Positions 38,785 to 47,808 of a stretch of 64,000 nucleotides of DNA are shown one piece after another (position 1 is the first letter of the stretch; each line of letters begins with the position of its first letter). The stretch covers positions 32,001 to 96,000 of the forward strand of contig CAWJZV010000034.1 of the NCBI GenBank assembly GCA_963847445.1, read 5' to 3'. The translations under genes and the position numbers were made by a program. A model generated the notes under the pieces. That model worked only from the letters and a program-made list of their open reading frames with translations. It did no database searches and was not told the DNA's origin. The stretch is from an uncultured delta proteobacterium (lineage in GTDB: Bacteria > Desulfobacterota > Binatia > UBA9968).

Positions 38785-39024
38785 CATTTGAATATCGCTG
38801 TTGTGGGAACGGGTAATGTGGTCTTGTCACCGGGAGTGTGTTTCGCCGAGTTCGGCATGAATGTCATCTGTGCGGACAAGGCAAAACAGAGGATCGCGCA
38901 GTTACCCGAAGGGGAAAGTCCGATTGATGAGCCGCGATTGGCCCGAGCTGCTCCAGCGCAATCTTCAACAAGGACGGGTTCACTTCACGACCGACACGGA
39001 ACATGCCGTTAAACAATCACTCTA
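38785..39024 (+). pseudogene. ugd: Decayed N-terminal fragment of UDP-glucose 6-dehydrogenase
   Basis: NIAVVGTGNVVLSPGVCFAEFGMNVICADK...PIDEP.L, then in a shifted frame ELLQRNLQQGRVHFTTD..HAV. The GxGxxG motif is broken and only about 80 aa remain. Confidence 0.8.
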
Positions 39025-39068
39025 AGCTCGCGGCTTCGAATACTACGGCGTCGGTCGGGGCTGATACC

Positions 39069-40259
39069 ATGGCCAAGAGACAAAATAGGATTCTCCACGT
39101 CATCACCGAGTCCGGACCCTACGGCGGTGCCCAGCGCAACACCTTTCTCACGGTGAGGGGGCTGATCGAGGATGGCTATGACACTGAGCTGATCTGCGGA
39201 CCGGGAGGACCGCTGATTCAAGAGGCGAGGGCGGCCGGTGTTCCGGTTTACGTGATGGCGGACCTGGTTCGTCCGGTGCATCCAGTCAAGGATTGCCGCG
39301 CCCTTGTCCAATTGTATCGGCTGTTGCGATCCAGGCGCTATCACATCGTCCACACCCATTCGGTCAAGGCCGGACTGCTTGGCCGACTGGCTGCTTGGTG
39401 CGCGCGGGTTCCTGTGATTATTCACACGCTCCATGGCGTGCCCTTCCGGATTAGCGGCGACTTCAAATCGCGGTTTTACATCGTTTACGAACGGCTCCTG
39501 GGGCTCATCACGCGCTGTTTTGTTTGTGTCGGCGAAGTTCTTCGCCAAGAAATATCGGCCTGGAAGATAGCGCCGGAGAAAAAGCTGACGACGATATACA
39601 GCGGCATTGATTTTACCTCTTATGTGCCGCAGCACACGGCTTTGGAGACGAAGCAAAAGCTCGGCGCGGAAGGGGCCTGGCCGATCGTCGGCTGCATCGG
39701 CCGCCTCTCTGAACAGAAAGCGCAACACTACCTGGTCGAAGCCGTGGCGCTTTTGACGGACAAATATCCGCAGATCAAATTGCTGCTGGTGGGCGAAGGC
39801 GGGCTGCGGTCTTTCTTGGAAAAACAAATCCAAGACCTCGGCCTCTCGTCCAATGTTGCGCTGCTCGGGGAGCGCGACGATATCGCCGATCTCCTCAACG
39901 TCTTCGACGTTTACGCGATGTCCTCCAGTTGGGAAGGCGTCGGGCGGGCTTTGACGGAAGCGATGCATATGGGCCTTCCGGTCGTAGCGACCTCGGTCGA
40001 CGGGGTTACAGAACTCATCTCTGATGAAAAAACCGGTCTGCTCGTTCCGCCGCAGAATCCTCGGTCATTGGCTGCCGCCATCGATCGGCTGTCTGTGGAT
40101 CGTGAGCTGGCAAAAAGCTTGGGCTCAAGCGCACGCCAGAGAGTGAAAGATCTCATGGACGGCCAGCAGATGGTCCGTGCCATCGAGGAACTCTACGAGA
40201 AACTAAGCGAGCGGCCGGCGTCGCCTCTAAGCAACTTTTCGCAAGTCAAAATCCCCTGA
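39069..40259 (+). CDS. GT4 glycosyltransferase
   Basis: ILHVIT..GGAQRN, HTHS.KAG.LGR, GRLSEQK and SSWEGVGRALTEAM..GLPVVAT motifs. Confidence 0.9.
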   Translation: MAKRQNRILHVITESGPYGGAQRNTFLTVRGLIEDGYDTELICGPGGPLIQEARAAGVPVYVMADLVRPVHPVKDCRALVQLYRLLRSRRYHIVHTHSVKAGLLGRLAAWCARVPVIIHTLHGVPFRISGDFKSRFYIVYERLLGLITRCFVCVGEVLRQEISAWKIAPEKKLTTIYSGIDFTSYVPQHTALETKQKLGAEGAWPIVGCIGRLSEQKAQHYLVEAVALLTDKYPQIKLLLVGEGGLRSFLEKQIQDLGLSSNVALLGERDDIADLLNVFDVYAMSSSWEGVGRALTEAMHMGLPVVATSVDGVTELISDEKTGLLVPPQNPRSLAAAIDRLSVDRELAKSLGSSARQRVKDLMDGQQMVRAIEELYEKLSERPASPLSNFSQVKIP

Positions 40260-40340
40260 CCTCGGGCGTCGGGCAAATTTCAAAACGAGATCGTAAGATC
40301 GATAGCCGCTCCGCTCGGCTTTCGCCATTCGACAAAATAA

Positions 40341-40774
40341 ATGTCTTCTCCAACAACGAGCCGATGGGATTGGTGGTGGACGCGGTTGCTGCCCCTGCTG
40401 CTATGGATCGGGGTGATTCTGTGGATCGCTTCTCAACCCAAGACGAGCTTTTTCCCATCGGATGTGAAGACTTTTCTGGGCATGCCGCGAGAGTGGCTCC
40501 AGTATCCTTATCATTTCGGAGTTTTCTTTATTTTGGCGCTTCTTTTCCGCCGATTCCTCTCGGGGATCGGCCAACCGTCCGGGTGGTTATAAGCTCGCAA
40601 TCTTCGCATTTCTCGGGTGCTGTCTCGTTTCCCTCGGTTCCGAATTCATCCAGTTCTTTGTGCCGACGCGGACTCCCGCGGTGCGCGATTTAGTCGTTCG
40701 ATCAGTTCGGCGCCATGATAGGGCTCACTCTGATGCGGCATTTTTCCGATAAGCCCGGCCTCGTCGGGCAATAA
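40341..40774 (+). CDS. VanZ-family small membrane protein (two apparent frameshifts)
   Basis: LLW.GVI...SQP and YHFGVF.IL; later frames give SEFIQFFVPTRTP.VRDL and GAMIGL. Confidence 0.6.
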
Positions 40775-40794
40775 CAAAAGAAAGTTTATACTTT

Positions 40795-42717
40795 ATGTGC
40801 GGTATCGCCGGTAAAATCAATTTTCAAAACGCTCGTCCCGTCATGCACGCCACTATTGCGCGGATGTGCGCGGTGATGCGGCACCGAGGTCCCGACGACG
40901 AGGGGATCTACCTGGACAGGTATTTCGGCATGGGCATGAGGCGGCTCAGTATTATCGATCTAGCTACCGGCAAACAGCCGATCAGCAACGAGGACGGGTC
41001 GATCTGGACGGTATTGAACGGGGAAATCTACAACTTTTTGGAGCTGCGCGAACTTCTCGAGCAGAAAGGCCACAAGTTTTATACCCATACCGACACCGAG
41101 GTGATCGTTCATTCCTACGAGGAATACGGAGAAAAGTTCGCCGAACATCTGACTGGCATGTTTGCCGTCGCGGTCTGGGACAAGCGCCAAGAGAAGTTGA
41201 TCCTGGCGCGGGACCGGCTAGGGATCAAGCCGCTTTACTACTCGGAAGGCCCGAACGGATTGCTTTTCGGATCGGAAACCAAGGCTATTTTACAGGACGG
41301 CATAGAGAGAGACGTCGACTTGCAGGCGCTCCACGATTATCTCTCGTTCAACTATGTGCCGGGGCCGCGTTCGATCTTCAAGCATGTCCGCTCGCTTCCC
41401 CCGGGACATGTCTTGACGTGCTCGGGAAAGAGTGTGGCGATTGCGCCTTATTGGCAGATTCAATACCCGCTGGGCTCGGCTAACGGCAACCGCCGCTCCG
41501 CAGAAAGCTACTGCGAAGAACTGTACGAACTCCTGTGCAGCACCGTCAAACAGCACCTGATCAGCGACGTTCCGCTCGGGGTTTTTTTGAGCGGGGGGGT
41601 GGATTCCAGCGCTTTGGTTGCGCTGATGAGCAAAGTTTCCTCGCAAACGATCCGGACTTTTTCCATTGGTTTTGAAGAGAAGTCTTACAATGAGCTCGAC
41701 TATGCCAGGATTGTGGCGCGAGAGTTTGGCACGGAGCACCACGAGCTGGTTGTCAGTCCCAACATCGTGGATCTGTTACCCGAGCTGGTGCGTTACTTCG
41801 ATGAGCCTTTTGCGGACAGCTCGGCGATCCCGGTTTATTGTGTCGCAAAGCTCGCCAGGCAACACGTCAAAGTCGCTCTGAGCGGCGAGGGAGGCGACGA
41901 GGTGTTCGCTGGGTATCACACCTACGCCGCATATAAAATTGCCGAACTGTACAAACGCCTGCCGCGCAAGCTTGCAGCCGAAGTTATTCCGGCGATTGTC
42001 AGGCGACTGCCGGTTTCTCACAAAAAGGTCAGTTTCGATTATAAGGCGAAACGATTTATCGAGGGAGCGCTATTGCCGCCGGCGCAGGGCCACTATTCGT
42101 GGAAGGTGATTTTTACCGAGGAGGCCAAAGCCGCGCTTTACGCAAGTAACCGGGAGAAGTTTGAAGATCCCCTCCGACTCTATCATAGCGTCTATGACGA
42201 CTGCGCCACCGCCGACGTACTGACCAGGCTTCAGCACATCGACCTCAAGGTCTACCTGCCGGACGATATTCTCGTCAAGGCCGATCGAATGAGCATGGCT
42301 AATTCTTTAGAGGCTCGGGTGCCGTTCCTCGATCACCGTGTCGTCGAATTCGCCGCCGCGCTGCCGGCGCGGCTCAAACTTCGAGGCTTAACTAAAAAAT
42401 ATATTCTCAAGCGGACGATGTCGCGTGACCTTCCGGCCAAGGTCCTGAACGGAAAAAAGCGCGGCTTTAACGTTCCCATGCCAAGCTGGCTGCGCCACGA
42501 GTTGCGCGACGTGGTGCACGAAGTTCTCGGTCCACGGCGGCTTAAAGAGGCCGGGTTTTTCCGCTCTGAGGCTGTTGCCGCGATGATCCGCGATCATGAG
42601 AGCATGCGCATCGATTATAGCCGCAATATTTGGTGCCTCTTGGTCTTCATGCTCTGGCATGACGAGTACGTACGGCATCCACAGGTTGCCGCGTGCCAAG
42701 AACAAATGGCTCTATAG
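40795..42717 (+). CDS. asnB: Asparagine synthase (glutamine-hydrolysing)-like amidotransferase
   Basis: MCGIAG, HRGPDD, RRLSIIDL, NGEIYN, LSGGVDSS, SGEGGDE, DRMSMANSLEARVPFLD and KKRGF motifs. Confidence 0.93.
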   Translation: MCGIAGKINFQNARPVMHATIARMCAVMRHRGPDDEGIYLDRYFGMGMRRLSIIDLATGKQPISNEDGSIWTVLNGEIYNFLELRELLEQKGHKFYTHTDTEVIVHSYEEYGEKFAEHLTGMFAVAVWDKRQEKLILARDRLGIKPLYYSEGPNGLLFGSETKAILQDGIERDVDLQALHDYLSFNYVPGPRSIFKHVRSLPPGHVLTCSGKSVAIAPYWQIQYPLGSANGNRRSAESYCEELYELLCSTVKQHLISDVPLGVFLSGGVDSSALVALMSKVSSQTIRTFSIGFEEKSYNELDYARIVAREFGTEHHELVVSPNIVDLLPELVRYFDEPFADSSAIPVYCVAKLARQHVKVALSGEGGDEVFAGYHTYAAYKIAELYKRLPRKLAAEVIPAIVRRLPVSHKKVSFDYKAKRFIEGALLPPAQGHYSWKVIFTEEAKAALYASNREKFEDPLRLYHSVYDDCATADVLTRLQHIDLKVYLPDDILVKADRMSMANSLEARVPFLDHRVVEFAAALPARLKLRGLTKKYILKRTMSRDLPAKVLNGKKRGFNVPMPSWLRHELRDVVHEVLGPRRLKEAGFFRSEAVAAMIRDHESMRIDYSRNIWCLLVFMLWHDEYVRHPQVAACQEQMAL

Positions 42718-42754
42718 GTTGGTAATATTAAAATTTGCGCCCTGAGGAGTGGTC

Positions 42755-43850
42755 ATGAAAAAACGCGTACTGGATTTTCTTTGTTGCCCTGACTGTCGGC
42801 GGGAAAAACTCGATCTCAGCGTCTTTGCGGGACCGGGAGAACGGCACGCAGGAAATTGTCGAGGGAGAGGTTCGCTGTCTTGGCTGTGGGAGCCGATTCC
42901 CTGTGGTCAATGGCATTCCCCGGATGCTGCCGGCGGCGCTGCGACGGTCGCTTGTCCCGTTTCACCGTGATTTCTTCGAGCGGCATCCCGACCTTATTCC
43001 GCAAAATGCCGCCACGGCACCCGATGAGCGGGTGGCGCGGACCCTGGATGGCTACAGCTATCAGCACGTGAAATTGGATGATCACGGCAAAGAATTCCCG
43101 CGCTGGAGACAAATTTTTTACGATTCTATTCCTGTGGAATGGAGAAAAAGAGATTTTTTCAAGGGCAAAGTGGGCGCCGACATCGGTTGTGGCGAGGGGC
43201 GATTTCTTTACTGTGCGCAAGAGTCTGGGGCAGAAATGGTGGGTCTCGACCTCAGCGAGGGGATCGAGGTAGCGAGAAGCAACACGATCAAATCTAAATC
43301 TTGCCACGTCGTCCAGGGCGATATTCATCACCTGCCGTTCAAGCCGGGTGTCTTTGACTTCGCTTTTAGCATTGGTGTACTGCACCACCTGCCCAACCCT
43401 CAGAATGGCTTCCGGCGCATCCTGCCGGCGGTCAAACAAGGCGGCAAAGTCTCCATCTGGGTGTATGGGCTGCAGGGGATGCGCTGGTGGTACCGGTTAT
43501 CTCATATGACGTGGCTGCGGGGTATTGCCCCTCGCCTTCCCAGGTGGGGACAATACCTGGTCAGCTTTTTAGTGGCGAGCGCTTTGGAACTTGGGATCTG
43601 GCTGCCTTGTCGTATACTGTCGCTTTTCCCTGGCGGGCATTCTTTGGTCAGCCGGGTTCCCTTCGGTGATGCTTGCCGAAGATCCTTCAGAGCAAAGATC
43701 AGAAGCGTCTTCGATCGGGTCCAACCGCCGGTGACCCATTATCCCACAGCAGAAGAGCTAGGTGGCTGGTTCAAGGAGGCGGGGCTGAGAAATGTCATGG
43801 TTCTCAGCAAAAACGGCGCAGGATGGATAGCCGCTGGGGAGAAGGCGTAG
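42755..43850 (+). CDS. Trm112-like domain fused to a class I SAM methyltransferase, frameshift near 42825
   Basis: LCCPDC, then in a shifted frame EG.VRC.GC...FPVVNGIPRML; DIGCGEGR and FSIGVLHHL motifs. Confidence 0.82.
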
Positions 43851-43865
43851 GGCGCGGACTGCACT

Positions 43866-45079
43866 ATGAAAATCACCCACGTGATCAGCGGACTCACCGC
43901 GGGCGGCGCGCAGACGATGCTCTATAAGCTGCTCTCGCAGATGGACCAGGCGGCCTTTGCGTCTGAGGTCATTTCGCTAGCGGATGTCGGTCCCCTTGAT
44001 AAAAAGATTCGCGCCTTGGGGGTGCCGGTTCGGGTACTGGGAATGCGCGCGGGAGTACCGAATCCACTGCGGAGTGCACAGACTCGCCCGCTGGCTGCGA
44101 CGCGATCCACCCGATATGGTTCAAACCTGGATGTACCACGCCGACCTCATTGGCGGCCTCGCGGCCAAGTTAGCCGGCGGCATCCCGGTGGCGTGGAACA
44201 TTCGTAACAGTAATCTCGACGCCAAAGGCAAAAAGCGAAGTACCTTTTTGGACCGTTAGGACCTGTGCCAGGTTGTCCGGCTGGCTACCAACCCGGATTG
44301 TCTGTTGCGCGGAACTCGCTCGCCGAGTGCATACCGAATTCGGCTACATAGGGGAGAAAATTGTCGTCATTCCCAACGGTTTTGACCTGACGGACTTCAG
44401 ACCGGACCCTGCGGCGCGGCTGTCCGTGCGCCAGGAGCTGGGCATCCCGCAGGAGGCATTAATCATTGGACTCGTGGGTCGCTTTCACCCACAAAAGGAT
44501 CACCGAAACTTCATTGATGCCGCTGCCCGGCTCCACAGCGAATATCCGAAGATCCACTTCTTACTCTGCGGCGACGATGTGACGCCTGAAAACACGGAGC
44601 TCGGCCAATGGATTGCAGCGCGCGGCATCGGCGAGCGCTGTCATCTTTTAGGGCCACGAGATGATATTCCGAGAATCACCGCCGCGCTCGACATCGCGTG
44701 CTCTTCTTCTTACACGGAAGGGTTTTCCAATGTCATCGGCGAAGCAATGGCCTGTGGTGTGCCTTGTGCCGTGACGGATGTCGGGGATTCGGCGTTGATC
44801 GTGGGCGACACGGGCAGGGTTGTACCACCCAGAAATCCGCGAGCTTTGGCCGATGCGTGGTGCGAATTAATCAAGATGTGTCCGGAAAAAAGATCTCTAC
44901 TAGGCGCAGCAGCACGCCGCCGCATTGGAGAGCGGTTCAGCTTACAGGCAATTGCTCAGCGCTATGAGGAATTATACGAAGCGATTGCGGCCGATGCGCC
45001 CAAGGTCATTAGCCACAACCTGTCACCGAATAAAGCCGGGCGGAACGGGTGCATCGATGAAAGCAATAATGGCCGCTAA
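43866..45079 (+). CDS. GT4 glycosyltransferase (frameshifts near 44070 and 44250)
   Basis: [19 protein letters not shown] / QTWMYHADL / [15 protein letters not shown] and [14 protein letters not shown], spread over three frames. Confidence 0.85.
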
Positions 45080-45851
45080 ATACCTAATTCGTTTTGATGA
45101 CATCTGTCCCACGATGAACTGGGATATATGGAAAGAAATTGAGCAAATCCTGATTCATCAGAAGGTAGATCCAATCTTGGCCGTTGTGCCGGATAACAAG
45201 GACAAAAATCTGATGGTCGGGGAAGCTGAGTTGAGATTTTGGGATGTGGTCCGCTCATGGCAGGCTCGCGGGTGGGCAATCGGCATTCATGGCTATCAAC
45301 ATACCTACGTGACCGATCGAGCGGGACTTGTCGGCCTCAACAACCGAAGCGAGTTTGCCGGTCTTGGCGAGCATGAGCAGGAATCCAAGCTGATCAAAGC
45401 ACTGAACCTATTCCAACGGGAAGAGATCATTCCCGCGGTTTGGATCGCGCCTGGACATTCTTTCGATGCCATAACGCTTCGCGTTCTGAAAAAACTGAAA
45501 ATAGAGGTGGTCAGCGATGGGTTTTATCTTTCGCCGAACACCGATTCTCTTGGGATCATCCATATACCGCAACAGCTTTGGAGACTTAGGCCCATGTCCT
45601 TTGGACTCTGGACTGTTTGTTACCATCACAACAACTGGACCAGCAGCGATGTCGAACGATTCCGATCGGATATTGAACACTATAAGCACCAAATCACGGG
45701 ATTGCGTCGTGTTCTCACATTATATCGCACCCGCAAGCGCAACCTTTCTGATGCGCTGTTCTCGCGCGGCTGCCTGTTGGCTCTCCAGGCCCGAAGTTCT
45801 GTACGAAAACTGCTCGCTTCCAATCAACAGTCGGTTACCCTCGCGAGCTAG
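45057..45851 (+). CDS. DUF2334-type polysaccharide deacetylase-like protein
   Basis: YLIRFDD.CP, AVVPDN, HGYQH, SEFAGL, APGHSFD and IPQQLW motifs. Confidence 0.82.
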   Translation: MKAIMAAKYLIRFDDICPTMNWDIWKEIEQILIHQKVDPILAVVPDNKDKNLMVGEAELRFWDVVRSWQARGWAIGIHGYQHTYVTDRAGLVGLNNRSEFAGLGEHEQESKLIKALNLFQREEIIPAVWIAPGHSFDAITLRVLKKLKIEVVSDGFYLSPNTDSLGIIHIPQQLWRLRPMSFGLWTVCYHHNNWTSSDVERFRSDIEHYKHQITGLRRVLTLYRTRKRNLSDALFSRGCLLALQARSSVRKLLASNQQSVTLAS

Positions 45852-45919
45852 TTCTCAGAGGTAAGCGGGATTCAGGCCTTTGAATCTCTGCAAAAATAAA
45901 TTGATCGAGATTTGACTTT

Positions 45920-46771
45920 ATGAGCTTGCCAAATTTTTTGGGTATTGGGGCTATGCGATCAGGCACTTCCTGGCTTTATGTGCAGTTACGAAGCCATAAG
46001 GATGTCTACATGTCGGAGCAAAAGGAACTCAACTTCTTCAATGATTTCTATAGCAACGGCATAGAGTGGTACCGTGGACATTTTCCGTCAGAAAAAGAAG
46101 CCACGAACTACAAAGCAGTCGGAGAAATCACCCCGACGTATATAACGGATCCGGATGCTCCATCGAGAATCCATTCTCACATACCCGATTGTCGGTTTAT
46201 CGCGATTCTTAGAAATCCGGTCCATCGGGCGTACTCCGAATACACCAAGAGGCTCCGGGATTTCAATTTTAACGGAACGTTCGATGAGTTCGTCGAGCGG
46301 TTCCACGAAGTGCTTGCTCGAGGCTACTACACGAAGCAACTTGAAAACTATTTTCAACTCTTTTCGCGGGATAGATTTCTCATCCTCATTTTTGAGGAAA
46401 CAGTCGGCAATCATCAAGCGACGACGCAAAAATTATCAACGTTTTTGCAGATCGATCCGAATGGGTTTGATCTGCGCCGAATGCAGCAAAAAGTTAATCC
46501 CTCTTATCTTCCTAGAATGCCGAGCCTCTACTCATCAGCGGTAAAGATGCGGCAATCTCTGGTGAAGAAAAACCTGGGACGAGTTCTTACGGCTGCCGAA
46601 AAGCTCGGAGTGATTCATGCTGCGCGACAGATCGTTCGATTTCGCGGACCCAGATCTGAGCTCCCCAAGATGGATGAAAAAACTCGAAAGCGACTGAACG
46701 GCGTCTATTTGCAAGAAATTCACACTCTCGAAGAACTCCTAGAACACGACTTATCAACGTGGAAAAACTAG
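45920..46771 (+). CDS. PAPS-dependent sulfotransferase
   Basis: LPNFLGIGAMRSGTSWL, KELNFF, GEITPTY, LRNPVHRAYS and DLSTW motifs. Confidence 0.9.
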   Translation: MSLPNFLGIGAMRSGTSWLYVQLRSHKDVYMSEQKELNFFNDFYSNGIEWYRGHFPSEKEATNYKAVGEITPTYITDPDAPSRIHSHIPDCRFIAILRNPVHRAYSEYTKRLRDFNFNGTFDEFVERFHEVLARGYYTKQLENYFQLFSRDRFLILIFEETVGNHQATTQKLSTFLQIDPNGFDLRRMQQKVNPSYLPRMPSLYSSAVKMRQSLVKKNLGRVLTAAEKLGVIHAARQIVRFRGPRSELPKMDEKTRKRLNGVYLQEIHTLEELLEHDLSTWKN

Positions 46772-46993
46772 CGCCGAGCTTGCTCTCATGAGGTAACCGT
46801 TCCTGCCCACTCGGATTGTCCGCTTCTCTGAATACTTCCGATAAGTTCGGTCTAAAGGAAGGTTATGGCAAGGGTCAGACAGTAGGCGCATGCAACGTTT
46901 ACCGATTGGTCCGCGGCCCTTGGTGAAAACTTCGCGGCTAGTGGTCAGCGGATTTTGTCAACATGCATTACAATCTGTCAAAGGAGAATGGTT

Positions 46994-47401
46994 ATGAAAA
47001 CAACGATACACGCAGTGATGTTCGCCGCGAGCCTGGTCTTCGGGATAGCATCCGCTGACGCGGGCTCGCGAACGATTGAAGGCACACTTGTGCAGGAGCC
47101 CAAGGCAAGCGACAAGTTTGCTTTGAGAAGCAGCCAGACTGGAGATATCTGCGTCCAAATCTGCAATGCCGGTCCGATTTTCGACACCTCCTTCGGCGTC
47201 ACGATCAAAAGCAAAACCGGCGCTAAGGCCTCGGTATTCGCCCCTGTAGGAGGCTGCGCGACCGCTTGTGTGTCGAACTCCCAGAGAGCCACTGTCTTCA
47301 TTTTCTGTGACGAGAGCGTGTCCGACTGTGATGACGTCTACTCCGCCGAGTTCACCTGCCCAGGCGAGCTCGTCAAACTGACTCAGGAAGGGAACGAATA
47401 G
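46994..47401 (+). CDS. Small secreted cysteine-rich hypothetical protein
   Basis: AAGGAG RBS, signal peptide ending ADA, and 7 Cys in about 110 aa. Confidence 0.65.
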   Translation: MKTTIHAVMFAASLVFGIASADAGSRTIEGTLVQEPKASDKFALRSSQTGDICVQICNAGPIFDTSFGVTIKSKTGAKASVFAPVGGCATACVSNSQRATVFIFCDESVSDCDDVYSAEFTCPGELVKLTQEGNE

Positions 47402-47808
47402 ACCGCAGGCATTAACCCAGCGCGTTCAGGTGGCGAGACGGGATTAGGATTTCTGCGCCGCAGCCGTTCCGATCGCTCATATCCCTCTAACGATGTGGCA
47501 ACGCTCTCTGCGCGGCTCCCGCGCCACTGAGTGGTTAAAAAGTTTTCGTCAGCCGGCTAAATACTATTTGGCCGGCATTCTTAAATGTTGCTCCGAGCAG
47601 CGAGGAGAACGCACAGCCACTGCCAAGCGCGCGATTCGTTGGGATAGTTTTGCTCTCCTTTGCCCGTTCTACGAGGCTTGCTCCTCGTCGACGCGCTCTC
47701 GTGTGTTTTCCTCGGCACTGAATCAGCAGGCTTCGGCCCGCTGTGCAGTTCTGTCTTTCGAGTATTTCCACTGACTTCACCATTTCTATTTCTTATAGGG
47801 GCGATCGT

